In this document: in pieces, positions 17,626 through 26,924 of the stretch
Position numbering within the stretch: position 1 is the first letter of the stretch
How the letters are laid out: each line of letters opens with the position of its first letter
Assembly (NCBI GenBank): GCA_965238075.1
Contig: OZ250173.1
Location: 1,216,001 to 1,280,000, forward strand
Length of the DNA: 64,000 nt
Direction of reading: 5' to 3'
DNA from: Candidatus Entotheonellaceae bacterium
Lineage (GTDB): Bacteria > Tectomicrobia > Entotheonellia > Entotheonellales > Entotheonellaceae
Notes under the pieces: model-generated
What the model was told of the DNA's origin: nothing
What the model saw: only the letters and a program-made list of their open reading frames with translations
Database searches by the model: none
Program-made: the position numbers and the translations under genes

Positions 17626-18900
17626 CTAGGCCAGATGCGGGTGCATCCAGGCGGCCACGGCTAGCAGATGATCGTCGGCGCCGAGCGGTCCTACGGCCTG
17701 CACGCCGACGGGCAAACCCTGCGGCCCGCTGAGGCCGGGCAGACTGATGACCGGGGTGTGCAGCAACGTCCACATGCGGTTGAACAGCGGATTGCCGGTG
17801 GCCCCCAGGCCGGCGGGCGCTTCGCCGGGCGCGCTGGGCACCAGCAGGACATCGTGCGCGGCGAACACGGCGGGCAGCGCACGGCGGCAGGTTTCGGCCA
17901 GCTGCAGAGCCGCCTTGTATTCGGTGTACGACAGCCTTTCCCCCGGCTCCAGCAGTTGCTGCGTGCTGGAGCTCAACTGGTCGCGGCGCTGTGTCAACTC
18001 ATAGGCGCAACAACGCACGCCCTCGAATATCTGCACCGTCGTTTGCGCCTCTACCAATCCGTCGAACTCGGCGGGCAGCGTCACCTCCTCCACTTGCGCC
18101 CCGGCGTCGGCGAAGCGCCGTGCGGCCATTTCCACTGCCTCCTGCGTGGCGGCCGTTGCCTGCGGCCATTGCGGCGTGCGGCACAGGCCGATGCGCGGCG
18201 GCTCCGTCAGCACCGTCAACTGTGGCGGACTGCCCATCAGCACCGCCCGCAGCAGCGCCAAGTCCTGCACGCAGCGGGCGAAGCCGCCAAGCGTATCCAG
18301 CGTCTGCGACAGCAGCTTGATGCCGGCCAGTGAGAAATCGCTGTGCGTCGGCTTGTAACCCACCACGCCGCAGAACGACGCCGGGCGCACGATGGAACCG
18401 GCCGTCTGGCTGCCCAGCGCCAGCGGCACCATCTCCGCCGCCACCGCCGCCGCCGAGCCGCTGGACGAACCGCCCGGCGTGTGCGCCGGGTTGTGCGGAT
18501 TGGCCGTCTTGCCGGGCTCGTACATGGCGAACTCGGTGCTCACGGTCTTGCCCATAACCACCGCCCCGGCCTGCCGCAGCAGCGCCACGCAGGCGGCGTC
18601 CCAGGCCGTTTGATGAGCGGCGTAAATCGGCGATCCGTAGGTCGTCGGCATATCCGCGGTATCGATGATGTCCTTGATGCCCACCGGCACGCCGTGCAGC
18701 GGCCCGCTCGCAGGTGCACGATCGCGGTCGCGGGCTTGTGCCAACGCCTGCTCCGGGTCGAGATGGGTCCAGGCTGCAATCGCAGGGTCGCGCTCGTCGA
18801 TGCGCTCCAGGCAGGCGCGCACCAGCGCTTCGCTCGTCAGGTTGCCGGAGGCGATGGCCTCGGCGGCTTCCCAAGCGTTCAGGGTATGGCTTGATGGCAT
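17626..18900 (-). CDS. Amidase signature family protein
   Basis: 'GPLHGVPVGIKD', 'TPGGSSSGSAAAVA', 'GSQTAGSIVRPASFCG'. Confidence 0.93.
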   Translation of the reverse strand: MPSSHTLNAWEAAEAIASGNLTSEALVRACLERIDERDPAIAAWTHLDPEQALAQARDRDRAPASGPLHGVPVGIKDIIDTADMPTTYGSPIYAAHQTAWDAACVALLRQAGAVVMGKTVSTEFAMYEPGKTANPHNPAHTPGGSSSGSAAAVAAEMVPLALGSQTAGSIVRPASFCGVVGYKPTHSDFSLAGIKLLSQTLDTLGGFARCVQDLALLRAVLMGSPPQLTVLTEPPRIGLCRTPQWPQATAATQEAVEMAARRFADAGAQVEEVTLPAEFDGLVEAQTTVQIFEGVRCCAYELTQRRDQLSSSTQQLLEPGERLSYTEYKAALQLAETCRRALPAVFAAHDVLLVPSAPGEAPAGLGATGNPLFNRMWTLLHTPVISLPGLSGPQGLPVGVQAVGPLGADDHLLAVAAWMHPHLA

Positions 18901-18989
18901 GGCGAATCCTCACGCTTCAGGGTGTCTGCAGCAATTGGGGTGCCACCATAGCGCATTCCCAAGGCACGGGTCCAGGACACGGTGCTGGT

Positions 18990-21900
18990 TCAATGCCAGT
19001 CGTGCGCCTCGGGCATGCGCGCGCGGGTGTCGATGGCCTTCAGGTCGGAAACGATGACGTTGGGGGTGCCGTCGTAGCGCGACACCACCCCCTTGACCAG
19101 CACCACCTGGCTGCGCAGCTGGCGCCGGCAGCGCTCGGCCACGTCGGCCCACAGGGTAACCTGCTGGTCGCCGTGCTCGTCCTCGATAGTCACGAACACC
19201 ACGCCGTTTTTGCCCCTGGGGTGCTGCCGGGCCACCGGCCAGCCGGCCACCTGCACCTCCTCCCCCTCCTTGCACGCTTCCACCGCTACGGTCGGCAGCA
19301 CCTTTTTGCTCAGCCGCGGCCGGATGAATTCCATCAAGTGGCCGCGTGGATAGATGCCCATGACGCGGTACTCGCCGGCCATCTTTTCGTAATCCGTGAA
19401 GTCCGCCAGCCCGTCAACGCGCTCCTCCGTCTTCAGCGCCAGCCCCACCTGACCCTCGTGCGACGGACGCACCGCCAACCCGGCCTCCCACAACGCGGCG
19501 CGGCGGTTGGAATTGAGGCCGTCGAACGCCCCGGCCCGCACCAGCGACAGCACCGCCTGCGGCTTGAGGCCCGTGCGCCGCACCAGATCACCGGCGCTGC
19601 CGTAGCTGCCGCCGCGCTGCCGCTCTTCCACGATCAGCCGGGCAGAACTCGTACCAACGTCCTTGATGAACCGCAGGCCCAGCCGCAGGGCGCCCGCCTC
19701 GGGCACGCAATCCGCCTGGCTGAGGTTCACGCAGGGATTGCGGAAGGCGACGCCGAAGCGACGCGCATCCTGCTTGAGTGTCTCCAGGGGGTAAAAGCCC
19801 ATCGGCTGGTTGTTGATGAGGGCGACGAAGAACGCCAGCGGGTAGTAGCACTTCATCCAGGCCGCCTGGTAGGCCGTAATGCCAAAGGCGAAGCTGTGCG
19901 ACTCGGGGAACATGTAGTGCCCGTTGATCTTGCCGAATATCTTCTCGCCGACCTCCTTGGGCACGCCGCGCTGCCGCGCCTGTTCCAGAAAGCGTTGGCG
20001 GTGCGCGGCGATGAGGTGCCGGTTGTTCGGCTTGGCGAAGGCGCGGCGGATTTCGTCGGCCTCGGCGGCGCTCATGCCCGCCACGTCCATGATGAGTTGC
20101 ACCACCTGCTCCTGCCACACGATGATGCCGTAGCCGCGCTCCAGGGCGCGCTTTTCAAGGGGGTGATCGTAGTCCCACGGGGCGCCGTGGCGGTAGCGCT
20201 CGACGAAGTTGGACACCGCGCTGCCCTGCGTGCCCACGCCGGGGCGGATGAGGGCAACCTGATAGGCCAGGTCCAGCAGGTTGCGCGACCGCAGGCGCTG
20301 GCCCATCTTGAGTTGCGCCGGCGATTGCAACAGGAAGACGCCCTTGGAGCGGCCCGCGTTGATCAGGTCGTAAACCTTGGGGTCGTCCGGGTCGATGCGG
20401 CTGAGATCCGGGCGCCGGCCTTCCTTCGCCTCGATCAGGTCCAGGGCTTCCTCCAACTGGTCCAGCACCGGCAGGGAGAGCAGGTCGATCTTGGCAAAAT
20501 GGGCGTCCGCCACGCTGTCCTTGTCCCAGTCCATGATGAAGCGCCCCCGCGTGGCGCCGGCGCGCACGGGCACCATGTCCGGGATCGGCGAGCTGCTCAG
20601 CACCATGCCGCCGACGTGCTGGCTGAGCAGCTTGGGAGCACCCATGAGTTGCGGCGCCAACCGCAGTAGGTCGCGCCAGCCGGGAGCACGCATGCGACCG
20701 CGAAAGGTGTCGAGCGCCAACATCTCCCGCCGCAGGTCGGAAGCGTCGCGAGAGTGCAGTTGCTTGGAAAGATGCGACAGTTCCTTGCGCGGCAGCCCGA
20801 GGGCCTTGCCGAGGTCCTGGATAATGCCCTTCACGGTGTAGGTATGGATGGCGCCGGCGAGGACGGCAAAGTCCGGCCCGAAATGGCTGTGCACCCGTTC
20901 GATCAGCGCCTCGCGCAGGCTGCGGGGGAAGTCGAGGTCGATGTCCGGCAGGCTCGTCATGTCCTCGGAGATGAAGCGCTCCAGCGTCAGGTTCCACTTG
21001 AGCGGATCGACGTGGCTGATACCGATCAGGTAGCCGACCAGCAGGGACACCGAAGAACCGCGCCCGCGGCCTGGCGTGCGCTCCTCCAGAGGCGTTTCCG
21101 GGAGCGTGAGGCCGCGCTCCTGCATCAGTTGCTGGGCGATGAGTACGATCTCCCGGTACAGCAACAGGAAGCCGGCCAGATGGTGCCGCTGGATGAGGCG
21201 CATTTCCTCTTCGAGGCGTGCCTCCAGCTCCGGGGTGATGGAACCGTAGCGCCGGATGGCGGCTTCGAGGCAAAGCTGCTTCAGGTAGCTCTGCGGGGTG
21301 TAGCCCATGGGCACGTCGGGCTCGGGGAGGGCGTAGCCGAGGTCGGTGCTCAGGTTGAAGGTGCAGCTTGCGGCGACATGCGCGCTATTGGCAAGGGCCT
21401 CAGGGCAATCGCTGAACAACTCGGCCATCTGCGGCGGCGATTTCAAGGACAGGTGCGGATTGGGGCTGATGAACGGCAGGGCCTGGTCGATGGTCAGGTT
21501 GTGTTTGGCGGCGACCAGGGCATTTTGCAGCCGGTAGCGCTGTGGGGCGTGGTAATGCACGTCGTTGCTGGCAATCAGGGGGACGCCGTGCTCGCGGGCC
21601 AGGCGGCTGAGTTCGCGGTTGCGGGCGGTATCGCCGCGCAGGAAGTTTTGTTGCAGTTCCGCGTAGACCGAGCCGCTGCCGTACCATGCCAGGCAAGCGC
21701 GAAGCAGGCGCGCGGCCTCCTGACGACGGCCTTCCTGCACCAGATGCGAGAGGCGCCCGCCGCGCCCGCCGCACAGCAGCACGACGCCTTCGGCATGCGC
21801 CGGCAGATGCTCGGGGTCGAGCCGCGGCTCACGACGGTCGACGGCGCTGGCCAGGGTGAACAGGCGTGAGATGTTGGTGTAGCCCCGTCTCGTCTTGGCG

Positions 21901-22136
21901 AGCAACGTCAGACGCGAGCCGTCCTGCAGGGTGAACTCGCCGCCGGTGATGGGCTGAATGTCCAGGGAATTGGCCAGGCGGGCGAACTCGAGGGCGCCGC
22001 ACAGGTTGGTGTCGGTCAGGGCCAGGGCGCGGTAACCGTGCGCCTTGGCCTGCGTCAGCAATTCGTGGACGTGCGAAGCGCCGAGACCGAACGAGTAAAA
22101 GCTCTTGGCGTGCAGTTCGACGTACGCGGCACCCAT
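18990..22136 (-). CDS. dnaE2: Error-prone DNA polymerase III alpha subunit
   Basis: 'YVELHAKSFYSF' PHP start, 'GRGSS', 'PDIDLDF', 'SQHVGG', 'FPESHS', 'NNQPMGFY'; downstream of imuB. Confidence 0.93.
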   Translation of the reverse strand: MGAAYVELHAKSFYSFGLGASHVHELLTQAKAHGYRALALTDTNLCGALEFARLANSLDIQPITGGEFTLQDGSRLTLLAKTRRGYTNISRLFTLASAVDRREPRLDPEHLPAHAEGVVLLCGGRGGRLSHLVQEGRRQEAARLLRACLAWYGSGSVYAELQQNFLRGDTARNRELSRLAREHGVPLIASNDVHYHAPQRYRLQNALVAAKHNLTIDQALPFISPNPHLSLKSPPQMAELFSDCPEALANSAHVAASCTFNLSTDLGYALPEPDVPMGYTPQSYLKQLCLEAAIRRYGSITPELEARLEEEMRLIQRHHLAGFLLLYREIVLIAQQLMQERGLTLPETPLEERTPGRGRGSSVSLLVGYLIGISHVDPLKWNLTLERFISEDMTSLPDIDLDFPRSLREALIERVHSHFGPDFAVLAGAIHTYTVKGIIQDLGKALGLPRKELSHLSKQLHSRDASDLRREMLALDTFRGRMRAPGWRDLLRLAPQLMGAPKLLSQHVGGMVLSSSPIPDMVPVRAGATRGRFIMDWDKDSVADAHFAKIDLLSLPVLDQLEEALDLIEAKEGRRPDLSRIDPDDPKVYDLINAGRSKGVFLLQSPAQLKMGQRLRSRNLLDLAYQVALIRPGVGTQGSAVSNFVERYRHGAPWDYDHPLEKRALERGYGIIVWQEQVVQLIMDVAGMSAAEADEIRRAFAKPNNRHLIAAHRQRFLEQARQRGVPKEVGEKIFGKINGHYMFPESHSFAFGITAYQAAWMKCYYPLAFFVALINNQPMGFYPLETLKQDARRFGVAFRNPCVNLSQADCVPEAGALRLGLRFIKDVGTSSARLIVEERQRGGSYGSAGDLVRRTGLKPQAVLSLVRAGAFDGLNSNRRAALWEAGLAVRPSHEGQVGLALKTEERVDGLADFTDYEKMAGEYRVMGIYPRGHLMEFIRPRLSKKVLPTVAVEACKEGEEVQVAGWPVARQHPRGKNGVVFVTIEDEHGDQQVTLWADVAERCRRQLRSQVVLVKGVVSRYDGTPNVIVSDLKAIDTRARMPEAHDWH

Positions 22137-22147
22137 GCGTCCTGCCC

Positions 22148-23440
22148 TTATGCGCCCTGACGGTACCAGCCGTTGTCCCTGTGGTTGCGGAACACCGTCA
22201 GTTGCCTGCCGTCACCGGGACTCATGCGGTAATAGGTTCGCGTCAACGGTTCTGGCAGCCACCACAGGTCGAACGACCAGCGGTCATCGATGCGGGCCAC
22301 CGGGCACCATTGCCGCTCCAGGCGAACTGCCAGCGGCTGCCGGTTCGGGCCTTCGCGCACCGCCACCGGGGTCGGCAGCGCCAGGGGCTTGATGGCGTCC
22401 TTACCCGCCGGGTCGATGGGGATTTGCAAGGCACGCCTTTCCGGCGCCGGATGCCAGGGGGCCACCGTGACCACGCGGTACAGCGCGTGACGACCCTGCA
22501 TGCGGAAGCGCAGACACCGTTCCGCCTCCAGCAGGCGGCGCTGGCGGTCCGCGTGCGGGGTCGGCAGCAGGCTCAACTGCACGCCCATCGCCGTGGTGAA
22601 GTCGGAAAGCGCCAGCTTGACCGCCTCGACCGGAGCATACGGCGGGTTACCCTCGACCTGATGGTTGACGATGAAAGCGGCGCGCTCCAAAGCGAGGATG
22701 TTTTCCTTGAAGTGGATGGTGTGCGTCCACGGCGGGGCGTCGCTGACAGCGCATTCCAGGTCGGCCCGACCCGGGCAGCGGCCGCGCATGCGGGGGTTCG
22801 CATAGGCCCGGCGCAACAGCGTGTCGACGGCGGCGCGCAGGACTTGCAGGGAAGTGGTGTGGAAGGGCAGCGACAGGCATTCGACGATGGGCTCCTCGCG
22901 CTTGAGCGGTATCACGGGGCTGTCGTCGATACCGCGGCACAGGCGCCACGCCCGCCGGCCGTCGAGGCCGAACTGGTCCAGGAGCTGCCCCTCTTGCAGG
23001 GCCGCCACGCTGCCCAAGGTGTGCAGGCCAAAGCGGCTAAGGCCGTCGCGCACCTCTTCGGGAACCGGTAGCAGATCAACGGCGTACGGCGCCAGGAAGC
23101 CCGGCGCGTCAGCGGGGACAGTGGTCACGCCCGTGCTGCTGCTCGCTGCCACAAAGGCGGGGAATTTGCCGTTTGCCACGCCGACGCGCAGTTCCAGTCC
23201 TTGCGGGATGGCGTCGAGCAGCGCCTTCAGCAACTGCGCCTCGCCGCCGTACAGCTTCTCCAGGCCGTCCAGCCGCACGTACGCGATGCCAAGCGCCGCT
23301 TCGACGCGGTCACTGATCGCTGCGAAACCGTCCACCACTTGGCTGAACACCTCACAGTCGTAGGACGCGTCGGTGTCCGGCATGGTGCGCTTATCGGCCC
23401 TGGCCTGCAGATGCGAAATGACGATACAAGCAACCCTCAT
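22148..23440 (-). CDS. imuB: ImuB-like Y-family polymerase homolog with shortened N-terminus and small C-terminal appended domain
   Basis: 'SDRVEAALGIAYVRLDGLEKLYGGE', 'RVGVANGKFPAFVAA', 'FGLHTLG', C-terminal 'DRWSFDLWW...RTYYR'; upstream of dnaE2. Confidence 0.75.
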   Translation of the reverse strand: MRVACIVISHLQARADKRTMPDTDASYDCEVFSQVVDGFAAISDRVEAALGIAYVRLDGLEKLYGGEAQLLKALLDAIPQGLELRVGVANGKFPAFVAASSSTGVTTVPADAPGFLAPYAVDLLPVPEEVRDGLSRFGLHTLGSVAALQEGQLLDQFGLDGRRAWRLCRGIDDSPVIPLKREEPIVECLSLPFHTTSLQVLRAAVDTLLRRAYANPRMRGRCPGRADLECAVSDAPPWTHTIHFKENILALERAAFIVNHQVEGNPPYAPVEAVKLALSDFTTAMGVQLSLLPTPHADRQRRLLEAERCLRFRMQGRHALYRVVTVAPWHPAPERRALQIPIDPAGKDAIKPLALPTPVAVREGPNRQPLAVRLERQWCPVARIDDRWSFDLWWLPEPLTRTYYRMSPGDGRQLTVFRNHRDNGWYRQGA

Positions 23441-23492
23441 GATACCCACCCGTTGATGGTTCAGCGTCTGTCATAGAAAACCGAGGGGTAAA

Positions 23493-23522
23493 ATGATAAT
23501 GAACATTTGTGCAGTATGTCAA
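23493..23522 (-). promoter_or_regulatory. Sigma70 promoter of imuB-dnaE2 with overlapping LexA-like box
   Basis: Minus strand TTGACA (23522-23517), 18-nt spacer, TATCAT (23498-23493); GAACATTTGTGC at 23501-23512 matches GAAC-N4-GTTC with one mismatch. Confidence 0.7.
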
Positions 23523-23674
23523 ACAGATTCGACGAGGGTTGTGTCAGATATCGGGTTCCAGAGGATGGACGATAAACCGCAGGTTTACGGACACAGATGA
23601 TCGGGATGTTCAAGGGGTGTCATCGGGCGAGAGAATTCAAGGCGCGATATTCTGAAAGGATCAAAGAGCTCCCC

Positions 23675-25255
23675 TCAGTCCCTCTTGCGCAATTGAAAAC
23701 GTTGGATTTTACCCGTCGCCGTCTTGGGCAGATCGTCGACAAAATGAATCCAGCGGGGGTACTTGTAGCGTGCCAAGCCGTCCTGGCAGTGCGTCGACAA
23801 CTCATTCGCCATGGCGTCACTGGCATCGCCGGCGTCACGCAACACGATATAGGCCTCGGGCTTGATGAGGTCGTCGTCATCGGCACGGCCGACGACCGCG
23901 GCTTCGAGGACTTTGGGATGCTCGACGAGGCGGCTCTCGATCTCCACCGGGGAACACCAGATGCCGCCGACCTTCAGCATGTCGTCGCTGCGCCCGCAGT
24001 AGACGTAGTAGCCCTCGTCATCCTGCAAATAGGTATCGCCGGTGTTGACCCACTCGCCGCGCATCGTGGCCGCCGTTTTTGCCGGGTTGTTCCAGTAACA
24101 GCGCGCCGCCGAATCGCCTTTGACCAGTAAGCGACCCACCTCACCCGGCGCTACCGGGGCATCATTCTCATCGACAATCTGCATCTCATAACCCGGCACC
24201 ACCCGGCCGCTGCAGCCCGGCTTGTAGTCCTCAAGACGATTGGAAATAAAGATGTGCAACAGCTCCGTGGAACCGATTCCGTCCAAAATAACGAGGTTCG
24301 TCAGGGCCTGCCAACGGCGAAAAATATCAGGCGGCAGCGCCTCTCCGGCTGAGACGCAGAGGCGCAGCGACGACACGTCGCGCGGCGTCTGCTCCAGCTC
24401 TCGCAGTTGGGCGGCGTAGAGCGTCGGGACGCCAAAATAAAGGGTGGGCTTAAAACACTCGATAAGATCGAAGGTCACCTCTGGGGAGGGGCGCTGATCA
24501 CTCAACACCGCCGTTGCCCCAGCCCAGAGCGGAAAGGCCATGGCGTTGCCCAGACCGTAGGCAAAAAACAATTTCGCGGCGGAAAAACAGATATCCCCCT
24601 CGCCCATGCCCAGCGTATCCACCGCGTAGTGCACACACGTGACCACGATATCGCGATGCCGGTGCACGGCGCCTTTCGGTCGTCCCGTGGAGCCGGAGGA
24701 ATAGAGCCAAAAGCAGTCGTCATCCGCCGCCGCGGCGACCGCATCAAGCGCCGTCGAGGCCCGCGCCAAACGCGCCTGAAGCGCGGCATCATCACCTGCG
24801 GTCGCAAAGACTTGCGGACGCCGGGCGGCGGAGGCAAGGGCCGGCACCGCTTCCGCCGCATACTCCGGTGAATAGACGACTGCCGCACACGCCGAATCAT
24901 CGATCATGTATTGATAGTCGGGCGCGCGCAGCAGGGTATTGACGGGCACCGGTACGACCCCGGCCTTGATCGCCCCCCAGAACAAGTAAAAGAACTCAGG
25001 GCAATCCTTGACGATCATCAGCAGGCGATCACCCGACACGAGCCCCATCTCGCGCAAGACATTGCCACAACGGTTGACCTGCTCGGCGAGCTCGCCGTAA
25101 GTCACGTCGCCCGCAACGGTGCGAATGGCCGCCTTCTCCGACCGTCCTTCTGAGAGGTGACGGTCAATGAAGGGAACCGCCACGTTAAAGATCGGCGCAA
25201 ACGCGATCGTAGACGGCGTCGGGGCGCGATCAGCAACGACGGTATGGTCCTGCAC
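23675..25255 (-). CDS. Benzoate-CoA ligase family protein
   Basis: 'FWLYSSGSTGRPKGAVH', 'SAAKLFFAYGLGN', 'DGIGSTE', 'KTATGKIQRF'; downstream of boxB. Confidence 0.9.
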   Translation of the reverse strand: MQDHTVVADRAPTPSTIAFAPIFNVAVPFIDRHLSEGRSEKAAIRTVAGDVTYGELAEQVNRCGNVLREMGLVSGDRLLMIVKDCPEFFYLFWGAIKAGVVPVPVNTLLRAPDYQYMIDDSACAAVVYSPEYAAEAVPALASAARRPQVFATAGDDAALQARLARASTALDAVAAAADDDCFWLYSSGSTGRPKGAVHRHRDIVVTCVHYAVDTLGMGEGDICFSAAKLFFAYGLGNAMAFPLWAGATAVLSDQRPSPEVTFDLIECFKPTLYFGVPTLYAAQLRELEQTPRDVSSLRLCVSAGEALPPDIFRRWQALTNLVILDGIGSTELLHIFISNRLEDYKPGCSGRVVPGYEMQIVDENDAPVAPGEVGRLLVKGDSAARCYWNNPAKTAATMRGEWVNTGDTYLQDDEGYYVYCGRSDDMLKVGGIWCSPVEIESRLVEHPKVLEAAVVGRADDDDLIKPEAYIVLRDAGDASDAMANELSTHCQDGLARYKYPRWIHFVDDLPKTATGKIQRFQLRKRD

Positions 25256-25347
25256 GACGTCTCTCCATGGCCAATGGCCCTTTGACGTTGCCAGAGCATT
25301 TCCGTTTCAGATTGCATCAGGAAGATATTCGACAGCCCATACGCCCC

Positions 25348-25457
25348 CTCTCCCTGGCCCTTCCCCGCGGAGGGGGGAGGGGACGGAGGGCTGAACTCCC
25401 CTCGCCAAGGGAGTTTGCTCCCTCTCCCCTGGCGGGAGAGGGTTGGGGTGAGGGGGA
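25348..25457 (-). repeat. ~110-bp composite palindromic repeat, copy 2 (inverted relative to 12589-12697)
   Basis: Reverse complement aligns to copy 1 with few differences. Confidence 0.85.
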
Positions 25458-25494
25458 AATCCCGGATGACACGCCGTTTTGATTCGAAAGTGCT

Positions 25495-26922
25495 CTAGGA
25501 GGCAAAGCGAACGTAATCAAAATCAATAGGTTGGCCGTTAATGCCACGTGACGGGAGGCCGATCCAACTTGCCATCTCGCCCGGCGCCGTCACCGGTTTC
25601 ATGAGCGACTCGACAAAGCCGTGATCCGCATCTGACGGCAGCCAGTCATGGGTCTGACGCGCCCAGGCATCGGCCGACACAATGTTCCCGGCCGGGGAGA
25701 CTTCGATATCGGCAAACACGCCAATGCGACGGTTGAAGCCGCGGTGCGGCAAGGTTAATTGATAATCGACGCCACGCTGGGTAATGGCTCGATTCCACCG
25801 GTCGATGCCGCGCTGGCTATCGACGATAAACGCATCCCGCAAGCGCTCGTTGAGCGCCAGCAGCGCGGGCTGATCTTCACGAACAATCGTTCCATCTTGC
25901 GGCACATACACGGGCCACAGGTCCTCGGTCAGCCGGTGATCGTCATCAATGCGCGTTTCCTGAAACCGCCCTTTGAGCCCGGTGGTGAAATAATTGGCGG
26001 CATTGGTCGAGCGCTCCTGGCCAAAGAGATCGAGCGAGACGCTGTAGTGAAAATTCAAGAAACGCTGAATGGTGGGTAAATCAATGACGCCGGCGGCCCG
26101 GATCCGTTCAGGATCATCGGTTTTGAGCGCGGCCATGACATCGCACGTGCGTTCGACGACGCGCCGAATTCCCGTCTCGCCAACGAACATGTGATGCGCC
26201 TCCTCCGTCAGCATAAACTGACAGGTGCGCGCCAGCGGATCGAACCCGGACTCGGCCAGTGAGGCGAGCTGGTATTTGCCATCACGGTCGGTGAAATAGG
26301 TAAACATGAAGTACGCTAGCCAATGCGGCGTTTTTTCATTAAACGCCCCCAGGATGCGCGGTCGATCGGGGTCCCCCGAGTGACGCTGCAGCATCTCCTC
26401 CGCCTCTTCTCGGCCATCGCGGCCAAAATAGGCGTGCAGCAGATAGACCATCGCCCACAGGTGCCGCCCCTCTTCGACATTGATTTGATACAAGTTACGC
26501 AGGTCGTAGAGCGACGGACACGTCGCGCCCAAGTGGCGCTGCTGCTCCACCGAGGCCGGTTCCGTATCACCCTGGGTGACGATGAGACGGCGCAGCGCAC
26601 TGCGATATTCCCCCGGAACTTCCTGCCACGCCGGCTCCCCTCGGTAGTCGCCGAACGCAATGGTGCGCTCCGCCTGCGGCCTGGCAAGAAAAATCCCCCA
26701 GCGATAATCCGGCATCTTGACGTAGCCAAAATTCGCCCAGCCATCGCTTTCCACGCTCATCGCCGTGCGTAGATAGACATCATGGGTCAGGGCGCCTTCC
26801 GGCCCCAGCTCATGCCACCAGCGCAAATAATTCGGCTGCCACGACTCCAAGGCGCGCTGCAGGCGACGGTTGTCCGCCAGCGACACGTTATTGGGAATGC
26901 GTTCGCTATAATCGATGGACAT
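25495..26922 (-). CDS. boxB: Benzoyl-CoA 2,3-epoxidase subunit B
   Basis: 'MSIDYSERIPNNV', 'QGDTEPASVEQQR', di-iron 'EEGRH' and 'EEAHH' motifs. Confidence 0.95.
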   Translation of the reverse strand: MSIDYSERIPNNVSLADNRRLQRALESWQPNYLRWWHELGPEGALTHDVYLRTAMSVESDGWANFGYVKMPDYRWGIFLARPQAERTIAFGDYRGEPAWQEVPGEYRSALRRLIVTQGDTEPASVEQQRHLGATCPSLYDLRNLYQINVEEGRHLWAMVYLLHAYFGRDGREEAEEMLQRHSGDPDRPRILGAFNEKTPHWLAYFMFTYFTDRDGKYQLASLAESGFDPLARTCQFMLTEEAHHMFVGETGIRRVVERTCDVMAALKTDDPERIRAAGVIDLPTIQRFLNFHYSVSLDLFGQERSTNAANYFTTGLKGRFQETRIDDDHRLTEDLWPVYVPQDGTIVREDQPALLALNERLRDAFIVDSQRGIDRWNRAITQRGVDYQLTLPHRGFNRRIGVFADIEVSPAGNIVSADAWARQTHDWLPSDADHGFVESLMKPVTAPGEMASWIGLPSRGINGQPIDFDYVRFAS

Positions 26923-26924
26923 CC

